Source of the DNA: Ylistrum balloti | Taxonomy: Eukaryota | Assembly: GCF_031769215.1 (NCBI RefSeq) | Contig: NW_026782152.1 | Span: forward strand, 930,001-994,000 | Direction of reading: 5' to 3' | Length of the DNA stretch: 64,000 nucleotides | Notes under the pieces: model-generated | What the model was told of the DNA's origin: nothing | Seen by the model: only the letters and a program-made list of their open reading frames with translations | The model's database searches: none | Part shown: one piece after another, positions 36,019-48,400 of the stretch | How the letters are laid out: each line of letters opens with the position of its first letter | How positions within the stretch are numbered: position 1 is the first letter of the stretch | Position numbers and translations under genes: made by a program

Positions 36019-37497
36019 CTTTTCAGCAAGAGACACCGAGATCCTGCCAATTCCATCTGTAAAACAGTACATTTAATTTTTAATGTCATGCACATATTTT
36101 ACAATTCCATCGCGGATCGGAATTGCGGCCTGCGCAGAAGAGAAACATAATCCCATGCGTGATACATATGTCGCTACACACCTTTCAATGCTGAGGTCGC
36201 CAATATCATTTCGTATTGTCTCTGGCGTTATACCGTTGTAAGAACAAAAGAACCATACTCCATGGTCACGTAATTGACTATTGGAACAGGACAAGAACTC
36301 GTACCTTCTCTCCCCAATGGTGAATCCTTTGTCCATGAACGTACATATTCGTTCAGTGATTTCTTGAAGTCCATCTCCACTAAGTTTTGTAAAATCTTCA
36401 TCTCTGAAGATCACACGTATGAAGAAATCATCATTGTACTGGCGGAGGATTCTGTTTAAGACGATAGGTTCTTTCGCGAGAGAAATCACGCGACTGGGTG
36501 TGACAACTAGCCGTCTGGACATAGTGAAATGGGGAGGCATTTCGTCATCACTGTCCTCTATTGAATTTTTGACATGTTGAAAACTTTCCTTGAATGCATT
36601 GTCGAAATCAAACAATTGATTACTTTCAGCTTTCCTGGCCATGTCATGGAATAGGTCTGGAGTTATATAAGACTCGTGTTCCTTCAACAAGAGTGCTGAT
36701 TTTGAGGTGATCGCGTCTGTTACTGAAGCCGCACGAGAGAAGACAGTGCCATCCATATTCAAGATCAAACGTGTTGAACTGAAGTTGGCAAGTTCGTTTT
36801 GTTTTATCCGTGACATTAGAATAGACGATTGAAAATCCTTGTCGCTTAAACCTCCCTAAGATATTCCAAATATTTGGCTGCTTCTCATCTAATTGTCCTT
36901 TAAGTTTGTTGTCTGGAATAACCAAACAAATGACAGAGGTATTTCCGAAATCATCCGCGTCAGTAGAACGTATCGACAAAGCGCGTACCTCATGAGCATC
37001 TAATGTCTGTTTGAAATAAACTTTGGGAACATATTTCAATCCAAAGTAGAGCTGTCAAGAGCATTCACGGTAGTTAGCAACCACCCTGTCTTCAATATGG
37101 TTATATGGTATTTGTACAATCTCTGTAGGGCGCTTTATTTCAATTAAATCTCTATCATGGTGAAACGATGCGTTCCAATATTCTTTTGTACTAAAAAATG
37201 AAAAAGGTGTCAACGATTTCCTAATGCTCCAGTGGCAAATGAAGCTATTTGATGACACCACAGCACCACCGCGCATAGTGACGGTTTTAAAAGTGGTAGA
37301 TGATTCTGCGTTGTCTTCTGGTTTGTACATCCAGCGTTCCACTGGAATGACCTCCATCCAAGCAGCATGTCCAATTTTGTCCTGGAAAACAAACCACCTC
37401 TCAAATAGCAAAGACTCAAGTTCTTGTACACTAACATTATCCTGAAGTTCAACGGTGGCTTTGTAACTAGAATCGCCGTCACCAAAACTCTTTTCAA
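36019..37497 (-). pseudogene. Pseudogenised paralogue of RdRP exon 2
   Basis: Aligns by eye with exon 2 of the intact gene (AWMEVIP, FDLEYGW..CGF, HFTMSRRLVVTPSR, IRVIFRDEDF, FLSCSNSQLRDHGVWF, TYVSRMGLCFS, YCFTDGIGRIS). Acceptor and donor are at the same positions and phases. Lesions: TGA at 37055-37057 (at a Trp position), a frameshift near 36722 and TAA at 36073-36075. No downstream catalytic exons are seen. Confidence 0.9.
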
Positions 37498-39085
37498 CTG
37501 CAAGAAATCGTAAAATATGTCCACATTACGTTATTTCAATATATATTTTGTATATTTATATGTCTTTATAAAATTTAATTTGTCTTTAAATTGTCTTAGT
37601 TTTTCGATAGTCGATAACAATGGATCATTTGATCTGTAGTGTTGCACATGTTTAATGGTGATACCATAGCAGTATCGCTTGCTTTATTGGTCATTTTGCT
37701 AGTGTTGTTTCGAAAATATAATACACCTTCGTCATCCCAATTGTCATGTAGTAACATACTGCGACTAAGTTTATATACTACGTAACTTCAAGCCTTCTGT
37801 ATTACCAGATTACCATTAAGCCCCATTTACCTAGTGTTTGTTCATTTGCTTAATAAATCTTATAGCCATCTTTAAAATTCGTAAATGAATTAATATGTAT
37901 ATATATATATATATACCAGGTGAGCGGTGCAGGCCCATTGGTGATCATGTATAGTAACATACGTTTCTGTTATACAATTAAGGTCGTTCTCAGGATGTGA
38001 GAAAGTGTAATTGTTACAATAGGGTATTTTCCAAACCCGTAATTCTCGCGTAGTACTCTTAATAATCACCATTACCCTCTGTAGCTCTGAGTTTTTGTAA
38101 TCCCTCATGTAATCAATTTATATTCAATAGTGTACCTTATAATTGTCTGTCTGATCATTAGTACCAGCTGTCACATATGACATTGTCAGTCATTCCATGG
38201 TTATGTGTATATGTACAGTTCGTCTTAGCCTCTAAATTCTGTTAGTTAACATATTTCCTTGTGTGTCTTATTACAATTACCTCCGGGAATCTCTGTTATA
38301 AAGAAACGCTGAGCCACGTGTGTTGTCAAAGCACTGGTTAAGAACTTCCTGGTAAAATCTTTGCTTGGCACATAGTGAAACCAGACGTCACATTTATTCT
38401 GGTTTCGGTAAGATTTCGGTCACCCTGCGCTACGCAATGATAATGCTTTGTAAAACAGGTGTACTTTAACTTGACAAAAACTCATAAGATAAGCCTATTG
38501 AAAAATACGCCACATAAGCATTTTTCAACAATAGTACAGGTAACTTATATATGTTAAAGTGCAACGCCAATGTCAATGCCATTTTATAATGGAAATCAAT
38601 ACTACCTTAGCCATAATAAATTATTTAGGCATACAAGCGCGTGATTTCTATGACATCATTATTGTTGTCATTGAAAGGACGACAATACGCATTCAAAATG
38701 ACATATTGCATTGTGGATAATGAATACTTTATTTAATTGAAATTAAATACGGTTATAGGAGCAATTACAAGACTGTTCCTTGCAGAAGAGTATCACATAC
38801 ACACGTCATATATAATGAATCACTAATGCTTATATCAGTCTTATTCTTAAGTGTCCGCTTCCGTCAGTCGTAATTGAGGAGGGGAGGGGGGGGGAAGGGC
38901 GCAATTAAGCTGCATTTACAAATTTTAACTCTGTGTGTTATGTTATTAATATTAATACTTTATGATTGATTTTTGCCATGTATGTGCTATATCACTTGAA
39001 TATTTATAATCCTACTGTGAGTTTGTGAGAAGAGATACAGATCATTATTTTGTATCACGTAAAACTTCATTTTGCAGTAAACTCC

Positions 39086-39186
39086 ATCCTCAATTGGTTT
39101 TACCAAACATTAAATTGATTCCTCAATTGGTTGTACCAAACATTAAATTAATTCCTCAATTGGTTGTACCAAACATTAAATTGATC
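39086..39186. repeat. Three tandem copies of a 33-bp unit
   Basis: TCCTCAATTGGTTGTACCAAACATTAAATTGAT x3. Confidence 0.85.
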
Positions 39187-42100
39187 AACATGCGACGAAT
39201 TATTATCTACGCATCAACTGGAGCTTCTATTCTTAAATCGCTCCGTGTCTATTATCGGTTCGTTCGTAAACAAAACAAAATATCTCCGTTTCTTAAGAAG
39301 TGTATGGTGGATCAAATTTAAACTGTATGTTCCTCGTGGTCTCTATTTGTTCCAGGTCTATTATGCTATCTCGCTTTCGGGAGAAATAATAGAACATTCT
39401 CAGATTTCATATATTGACTTGTCTAATTGTGTAGATGTGCATTCCCCATCTTGGGATATATCGCGTGAAAGTGGCCATCTTGGATTTAAGCAATAAGATA
39501 TTTTTATCGTTATTTCTCAGGAAATACTTTATGGGACTTTCTTATATTTAGTATTTGGGTTTCACTTGGTCCCCAAGTGTGTCATTTTGATAATAGAACT
39601 GATTAAAAACTTGTCTGATAGGTGGTTTGAAAGTTTGTTATAGCTAGTTCTTCAGATCGACTGGGAGGTTCTTTCTAAAATTTGACTCTTGAGAATCTCC
39701 TTGGTCTCTTATTGTGCTCCTTATTTTGGGACAGATCAGAAAATCAAAATAAAAAGGAAAAAATCCAAAGAACAAAGAGCAATCAATATCGGGCCCGAAT
39801 ATCCCTTTCTTGAAAATTACTGTTTCAGTAGGGATATTAAACCTAATATGACGTTCCGCATTTCCGTGGTTATTTTTAAAGTTCGTTTTGGAAATATTTT
39901 TTAAAAAACACGTCAGGGATATTTCTCAGTCATGGAGTGTAGGAACCGTTTGTTTCTTTTGGCCCCAAATTACTTCATCCATTTTAGTGTCTGGTTCAGA
40001 AAAGCAAAATGACTAAGCGACGATCATCTGAATTTGAACAGTTACAATTTGTATGCTATTTCACAGAAAGTTCTTGTTAAAACTCTCTATAGATTTCATC
40101 TTATCAAATCATTAAAGGGAAAAGGAAATCGAAGGGAAAAGTATGTAAAATATATCGAGCATCCGATTGTGAACGCCAAGATCACTCTAGGATCTTTTGT
40201 ATATAACGAAATAATTGATTCTACGTTTATTTTGGAAAGAAGGGAAATAAAGGATAAAGATAAGTTTATTTCATGGTGAACGCCAGATCTCTCTTGGAGC
40301 TGTTGTCTAGAGGTACCAGTGAGACTGTCGTGTTTATATTCAGCTACTTCACTTAAAATAGCATATAAAAGACAACGCCATATGAATTTCAAACATGGTT
40401 TATTGAAAACTATCAAACGCAGACGAAATCTTGAGGCTCTAATAAAATATTTAGATCTTCTAGTATTTAGTGAAATATTGTAGTAATACAATGATACAAT
40501 GCCATTGTATTACAGAATGTGTACTAATTTACATGTTTTCATGTTCCCTTCATTTAAAGGTGAGAGCAATGAAAGATTATCTGTAATGTAGATATTCTTT
40601 CACAAGTTTGCATCAGTACTGGATCTGCTTAACTAACAGTAGTACACACGTGCGCACCACCTGTCGAGTAGGCTATTCACAGCTGGAACAGAGCCATGAC
40701 CTGCATACAAAGTGAAACTACTCCCCTTCGTAATTCGTGGAATACGCTCTGTTCTGCGAAAACAGGGCGTCGGTGTTTTCTGTAAACGTAAATCTAGGTC
40801 AATAAATAGCTTTCCCAGTATTAGCGTAAAACGAAAGCAAAACAAAAGATATTCAGAATGCCAGTGTTTTACGATAGGAATTATATCATCTGTCTTTACC
40901 ATTCAAACATGACATATATATTTTAACAGCAATCGCTTGCAATCGGCGGAAGTAAGTACTGTTTTGACACTAATAAGACACGCAATGAAGATTAATTAAT
41001 CATTGTCACAGAAAACGTTCCTATTTAACGGTGATTATATGTTAGTGTTTTTCGCGGTAAAAGTATTGGCTAAAATGTGATGAAATTAATTGCAGCTTCT
41101 ATATAAAAATTGTTGCTCATGCGCATGTTTATCATTGAGCTAATTTACGTAAAAATACTACTGCGCTAAAATTTGATTGTGCCAAATTAAGTACGTTTGC
41201 ATTATCACACTCGCTACAAAGATTACTTATATAAAGATTTTTTATAAACAGGCGCAAACGGAAATCGATAAAATCTATATCGTATATAAAAAATAACGAT
41301 ATAGCATACAGAAAATAACCGATTTGCATTTAAATCAACTTGGAAATGAAAAAAATCACTGTAATTATCAGACGAATAAGTATAAAATTAAAATGGAAAA
41401 TAAGCTACTGTGATTGTGACGTTGGCTATGTAATCATACATAGGTATAGAAAGACACAAAAACACACACAAAAAATGATAAGACGGCAGACTCTAAGTAT
41501 GTAAACCTTCTGCTATGAATATGTAATTTAAAATAAACATCATAGATAAAGATAAAAGAACATAAGTTAGTACGGGTTAGTCAATAGATATGTTGAAACG
41601 TCATTGATTTAAAAAAACTAATGATAAAAGGGAGATAATAACCTTTGAGTGGTAATATCTAAAAATAGAGTATAAACATTAACTGCACACGGGAGAAAAT
41701 TCGCCATATCTAAATTCCGATCATTTCGCCCTTTTGTGCATAAGGCGAAATGAAATCAACCAAAGTTTCATGATAAAGCTGAAATATATCATATTATGTT
41801 TCGGGTGAATTTAACATTGGGTGAAGACAGATATTTTGATGGGAGAGTGAAAATAAGCCTGGGCGAAATATTCGAGTGTAAGAACGAAATCTAGTCTTAT
41901 AACCATCTCATAATATCCTGGCAAAATATATGTTACCTACTCTTCTCTCCTCTTGTCTTCCACTAGGTCTGCTAGATTCAGACAAGTTGTCATAATAACT
42001 AAAAAAATAAAAATCCGAAATAAATCTAAGTTATGTACTTCTGGAATCAATACGATTATAAGTGGACACAAAGAAATCAAAAATAAAAAAAAAAAATGTA

Positions 42101-42774
42101 AAATGCTTTTTGTATAAAATGTAAAATGTAAAAAAAAACATGAAAGGTCTCGAATTAATTACGAACTTAACTATTTCTCACGGTCATTTGAAATCGGCTG
42201 GTCATGTATCAGTTAATTTACCAGCTAACTTCCATGTGTTAATACAGTAACGACTGCTTTAATTCGCTATAGTCAAAATATCGCAGTTTTATCATATGCT
42301 TAATCTAAAAGGGATGCACTTTTTGCGAAAGCAATAGAATGGACATTGTTTTTCTTCATCAATTATATTTTCAAGGTATCAATTTTTCGTGACTTTATTC
42401 AACCGTTGAAAATAGCGAAAATTAGAAACCCTCAAATATTAAACTTTATAATATGTTGTTAGCATATGCTATATTCAATCTCTTAAATCATCTTTTTGTT
42501 AATTATATAAAAAAAACAATGCATGATGTCATTAATATGTCGTTAATAATTACCAGGTGTTTTCGTTCAAGGTTGACCTTTTAAGAATTTAGCACCGTCT
42601 TATCCATATATTAACATGACTACCTAGGTATCAGTTGGTAACTTATAAACATTTGTAATACCACACAGATAGTCAAACATATTTCTTTATGGATAGGTAT
42701 GTGTATAATTGTACAGGTAATCAGGTGTAATGTTATAGACATTGCACAGATAAATATATGCATTATTAAACACG

Positions 42775-44700
42775 TAGGTGTGTATATTGTTTTACAGGTA
42801 GGTGTGTGTGTTGTTGTATATGTAGGTGTGTGTATTGTTGTACAGGTAAGTGTATGTATTGTTGTATATGTAGGTTTGTGTATTGTTGTACAGGTAGGTG
42901 TGTGTATTGTTGTATATGTAGGTGTGTATATTGTTGTATATGTAGGTGTGTGTATTGTTGTATATGTAGGTGTGCGTGTTGTTGTACAGGTAGATGTGTG
43001 TATTGTTGTATATGTAGGTTTGTGTATTGTTGTACAGGTTGTTGTATTGTTGTATGTGTAGGTGTGTATATTGTTGTACAGGGAGATGTGTGTATTGTTA
43101 TATATGTAGGTGTGCGTGTTGTTGTACAGGTAGATGTGTGTATTGTTGCATATGTAGGTGTGTATATTGTTGTACAGGTAGATGTGTGTATTGTTATATA
43201 TGTAGGTGTGCGTGTTGTTGTTTATGTAGGTTTGTGTATTGTTGCATATCTAGGTGTGCGTGTTGTTGTTTATGTAGGTTTGTGTATTGTTGTATATCTA
43301 GGTATGTGTATTGGTGTAAAGGTATATGTGTGTATTGTTGTATATGCAGGTCTGTGTATTGTTGTATATGTAGGTGTGTGTGTTGTTGTACAGGTAGATG
43401 TGTGTATTGTTGTATATGTAGGTTTGTGTATTGTTGTAAAGGTAGATGTGTGTATTGTTGTATATGTAGGTGTGTGTGTTGTATATGTAGATTTGTATAT
43501 TGTTGTAAAGGTAGATGTGTGTATTGTTGTATGTGTAGGTGTGTATATTGTTGTACAGGTAGATGTATGTATTGTTGTATATGTAGGTGTGCGTGTTGTT
43601 GTACAGGTAGATGTGTGTATTGTTGTATATGAAGATTTGTATATTGTTGTACAGGTAGATGTGTGTATTGTTGTATGTGTAGGTGTGTATATTGTTGTAC
43701 AGGTAGATGTGTGTATTGTTGTATGTGTAGGTGTGCGTGTTGTTGTACAGGTAGATGTTTGTATTGTTGTCTATGTAGGTGTGTATATTGTTGTACAGGT
43801 AGATATGTGTATTGTTATATATGTAGGTGTGCGTGTTGTTGTACAGGTAGATGTGTGTATTGTTGTATATGTAGGTGTGTGTGTTGTTGTATATGTAGGT
43901 GTGTATATGTATGTGGTTTGTGTAGGTTTGTGTATTGTTGTAAAGGTATATGTTGTTGTATATGTATGTGGTGTGTATGTGTAGGTGTATTGTTGTTTAT
44001 TGTTGTAGGTTTGTGTATTGTCGTATATCTAGGTGTGCGTGTTGTTGTTTATGTAGGTTTGTGTATTGTTGTATATCTAGGTATGTGTATTGGTGTAAAG
44101 GTATATGTGTGTATTGTTGTATATGTAGGTTTGTGTATTGTTGTATATGTAGATGTGTGTATTGTTGTATATGTAGGTGTGCGTGTTGTTGTTTATGTAG
44201 GTTTGTGTATTGTTGTATATCTAGGTATGTGTATTGGTGTAAAGGTATATGTGTATATTGTTGTATATGTAGGTGTGCGTGTTGTTGTACAGGTAGATAT
44301 GTGTATTGTTATATATGTAGGTGTGCGTGTTGTTGTACAGGTAGATGTGTGTATTGTTGCATATGTAGGTGTGTGTATTGTTGTACAGGTAGGTGTGTTT
44401 ATTGTTGTATATGTAGGTGTGGGTGTTGTTGTATATGTAGATGTGTGTATTGTTATATATATAGGTGTGCGTGTTGTTGTACAGGTAGATGTGTGTATTC
44501 TTGTATATGTAGGTTTGTGTATTGTTGTAAAGGTATATGTGTGTATTGTTGTATATGTAGGTCCGTGTATTGTTGTATATGTAGATTTGTATATTGTTGT
44601 ATAGGTAGGTTTGTGTGTTGTATATCTAGGTGTGTATATTGTTATACAGGTAGATGTGTGTATTGTATATGTAGGTGTGCGTGTTGATGTACAGGTGTAT
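42775..44700. repeat. Degenerate 24-bp GT-rich minisatellite (~80 units)
   Basis: Consensus GTAGGTGTGTGTATTGTTGTATAT; the + strand is strongly depleted of C. It produces spurious VGVCIVVY and CRCVYCCI ORFs. Confidence 0.92.
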
Positions 44701-45474
44701 ATTTTTATAGCGGTACAAATAGATATATGTATTTCTTTACAGGTATACCAAGGGACATGGGAAGTGTTACTTAGTAAATTCAGATGTGAAAAACCCCATG
44801 AAATATGGGTGTGGCGTTTATTTAACCGCACTATCACCACAACAAGACATAATGGTGTAATGTGACATACGATGATGATAACAGAACGATAAAAATTGAT
44901 ATAAAAGTATTTACAAAGAACATGAAAGTGCATAAATACATCATTTTCAATTAATTTCGTGAGATAAAAAATCTTCTTGATATGAAGTTGATTAAATGAA
45001 TAAGATTTTTGAAAAAAAAGAAACTAGTGGTTAAAATATATCAATGATAAGGTGAGCTTAGGCTCATTTCGAAATTTTGACTTCGACCCTTTTACCTGAT
45101 GTTGTGATAACCTGAATTGATAAATCGTTGACATTTTAACCTTTGTTAATGATTTTCAAAAATAGAAAATGTCTATTGATTATATGGTCTGGTTAAGGTT
45201 TTCTTTTATCTACGACCTGGTCAACTACATTCTACTAGATGAATTCTCAATCCACTGTGATGTATGTTTTGGCTGGTGAAATACTGCGTAGGTGTTAAAC
45301 TGTATGAAAACTGACGCGCAGTACTTTTACTTTTACATGTAAAATTCAGACAAACATACATGCAGGACCCAAAACCTACGTACTTATTGTATGTAGCAGG
45401 AATGTGTAGTCAACGGTGTATGCTGATTAAGTCTATCGGAATTGCAACATAATGCAGTTCTATTGGATAAACGT

Positions 45475-48400
45475 CTACGAAATGTCCGAATCGAACTGTT
45501 CGCCTAGATGTTCAATTAGTTCCCAGACATCTTCTGCATACTGTTCCCACTCGGTGTCTTCTGTCTCTAATGAGGGAAGTTTGGGAATTACTGTGACTTC
45601 CTGTTTCTCAACCATGTCTTGGAACCGGCCACTAGCATCTGGTATTGAGTATTCTAGCACTCTTGCTATTTCAATACTCATATCTTTCCATATGTTGTAA
45701 TCGGTCACTGGTCCGTCATAATGATACGTTCTAACGTGCTTCTCTCTTACGAATGGTACCCTGTCCTTAAACTCCTGACAGACATACAGAATATTCGGTT
45801 TGGGCTGAAGCAGAACGGTGTTGTCAGGGTCTAAAAGCATTTTCGTGTCAGTCATCTCTCGCACACCCTCCAAATCCATGAGGCGTCTTGATTGCAGCTT
45901 ACACCGTACATCAAGACGTTTCCTAGTATTGGACATGTCGGCATAGCCACGACAGACATCTACTGCCATCCACTTCAAGTCTGAAAGACGTAGTTCAATG
46001 AATCTGAGATCTTTGTCAAGAACAACTTGACCTTCGTGTCGTTTTCCATAATCTTGATTACCCATTTTGAATGTTGCGTGAAATTTCACTTCTTCATGCT
46101 GCTCTCGGAAAAACTTGTTGAGCAGAAAAGCACTGACATTGTTTTTGTCACATTCCAATGGCATAAAGGAGGTCCGTATGTGTCTTGGTCTTGGCTTCGT
46201 AAACCTGCTATGCCTTTTGCGATTTCGCCATCTGCCACGTCCCGATGGGTTGAGTTCTAATTTCTCTTCCTTTCGGTAGGTATTGCCATTCATTTCCATT
46301 TCCAATTCTGAAATGGTGAATTGGGGATTGTCGACATAGAATATGTAGTATATTCCAAATGTGATTGCAATCCGTAGTTCCCCATGATATGTACTCTCAA
46401 AATCTTGTCGGATAAGCTCTATCTGTGTCCTGAATACTTCTTTGAACATTTCCAAGGATTTTCCGTTATCCTGGTTGGACGAGTCTACAGACGCAATGTA
46501 TAATGGGATCTCCTTGTGCGCTGGTTGACACCTCCCTTGATAACGTTCGAATGTGAGTTGCTGATCAGGGCCGGTGGACCCGTAGAATAAACGCTTGAAG
46601 GCGCCACCAATAAAAGCTTTGTCACGAGCCGCGGTAGTGATAAACTTTGATGATTTGTCATTGAGGTTTTGTAAGGAATGCTGGACATCCCATAACTGCT
46701 CTCGAGTTCCCCACGCCTCTAGTATAAGCCCGGGAGTGTCTCTATATGTCTTTCTGCGAATGCTGATTTCGGCACCTGTGTCCGCCGATAATCGTCTAGC
46801 AGTATATGTTTCTGCGAACATTACAGATCCCCAGATATCTAACGGCAGGTTTATCATCAGATGATCTTCTTCAATGATGTTTTGGTCGAAGAAGGCACTG
46901 ACAGATCTGTTTTTTGCGATTTCCTGGTAAACGAAGAGAATTTCTTCCGTGAGGTGTTTGTATTTCCTCCAGTCTATCTTGCCAGGGAATAGAAGCCGTC
47001 GACTGTTAGTATCTGTCGGGTCTGGCAAAGATATCTTAAACATTCCATTCTTGTCCTCATTCAGTAGAGAATTAAACGTTCTCAAGACGGTTAGTAGAAG
47101 ACTAGCTGTGTTGGCCTGATCATTTGATGATATCTTTCCTGGAAACCAACTTTTGTTCAGGTCTACAGGCGCTGCTGTTGGGTTGCTGTCTGCATCTGAC
47201 AGGAGTTTTAGGACAAGCATCACAAACACTATTTCATTGAACAATGCATGTCTGTTTCTGCCAACGAGTCCAAACTTCCTCCCCCAGTCAAGGAGAAAAG
47301 TTAAAATAAGCGTATAGTATGGACGTTTCTGGAGTTCTTGACGGATAAAGTCCGTTCTGTTCTTATCGATGGTGTTTTGTGAAAACGTTACTGTAACTGG
47401 ATCATCATTTGTTGGGATTACATATGACACTGGAGATACATTCTGGTAGGATCTCATACCATACTTTACGCGACGAGTGAAGTCTTCTTTTGACAACCGC
47501 TGAGGGAAATCGAGACAAACATCAATTTCGCTCGTGTATATGTCCATCAGACACAATGATTGCATTCCTGTAATTGACAGCTTTATCTCTTTGTTAACAT
47601 TGTGATATAGGTGGCCATGAAGCATGCCGAAACATTCATGAAGAAAACGAAACGTCTCATCCCGGTCTTCATGTCTCATATCGAAATGTCGAAGTATCGA
47701 TGAACCGATTTGAGCAAGGACTGGCCGTTCTTGATCAAGCTTTATGTCCTTGATTTCGTCTCTTGTTGAAGACTCTGCATCCGATTTCATCTCAGACAGG
47801 ATCTCGCTTATAATCCAGGGAAAACTGACAAGGCGCTTACCTGTGCTGACTTTCTGAAACTTAACATCATAGGCAACAATGTACCATGCTGACGCCTTAG
47901 CCAGGATTTTCCTCTTATTATCTTCGGAATTTGATGGGTATAGCATTTCTTCGCCGAACTCCTCAAAGAAGTCTGCTCGCACGTTTTGCCTAATCACGCT
48001 CATTTTACCCTGAATAACTTTCCCCAATTCATATTTTTCATTCTGAAGATAACCACGCTTCTTCTTTAGCTTCTGTATAATACCTGTGACAATTTCTGCT
48101 TCAGTTTCCACACCATACAGAGACATCAGCTGTAAGATTTTCTCATTATACATGTCATACGAAAGTTGTGCGGATTCTAAATATGTCTCATATCCCGGAT
48201 ATATCATGTCTGGATCAATAACAGTTGCGTGTTGAAGAAGATCTATTTCATATGTACGACTGTGTGCATGCTCCAAAGATCTACACTGGCGAAATAATTT
48301 ACCTAATACCTTGTTGGATGTATAACGAGGTTTGTCCGATTTCATCATGAAATCCGGGTACTTTTCACATCTCAAGTCTTGAGTCATCTCTGGTACAACC

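Noticed and set aside
41685-41900. GGCGAAA/TTTCGCC motif cluster suggestive of a MITE
   Set aside because: Could not define terminal inverted repeats or a target-site duplication.
42699-44933. Long Cys-rich, Val-rich and Thr-rich ORFs (up to 392 aa) resembling metallothionein or keratin-associated proteins
   Set aside because: They are open in several frames and on both strands simply because the 24-bp satellite lacks stop codons; no start context or splice structure.
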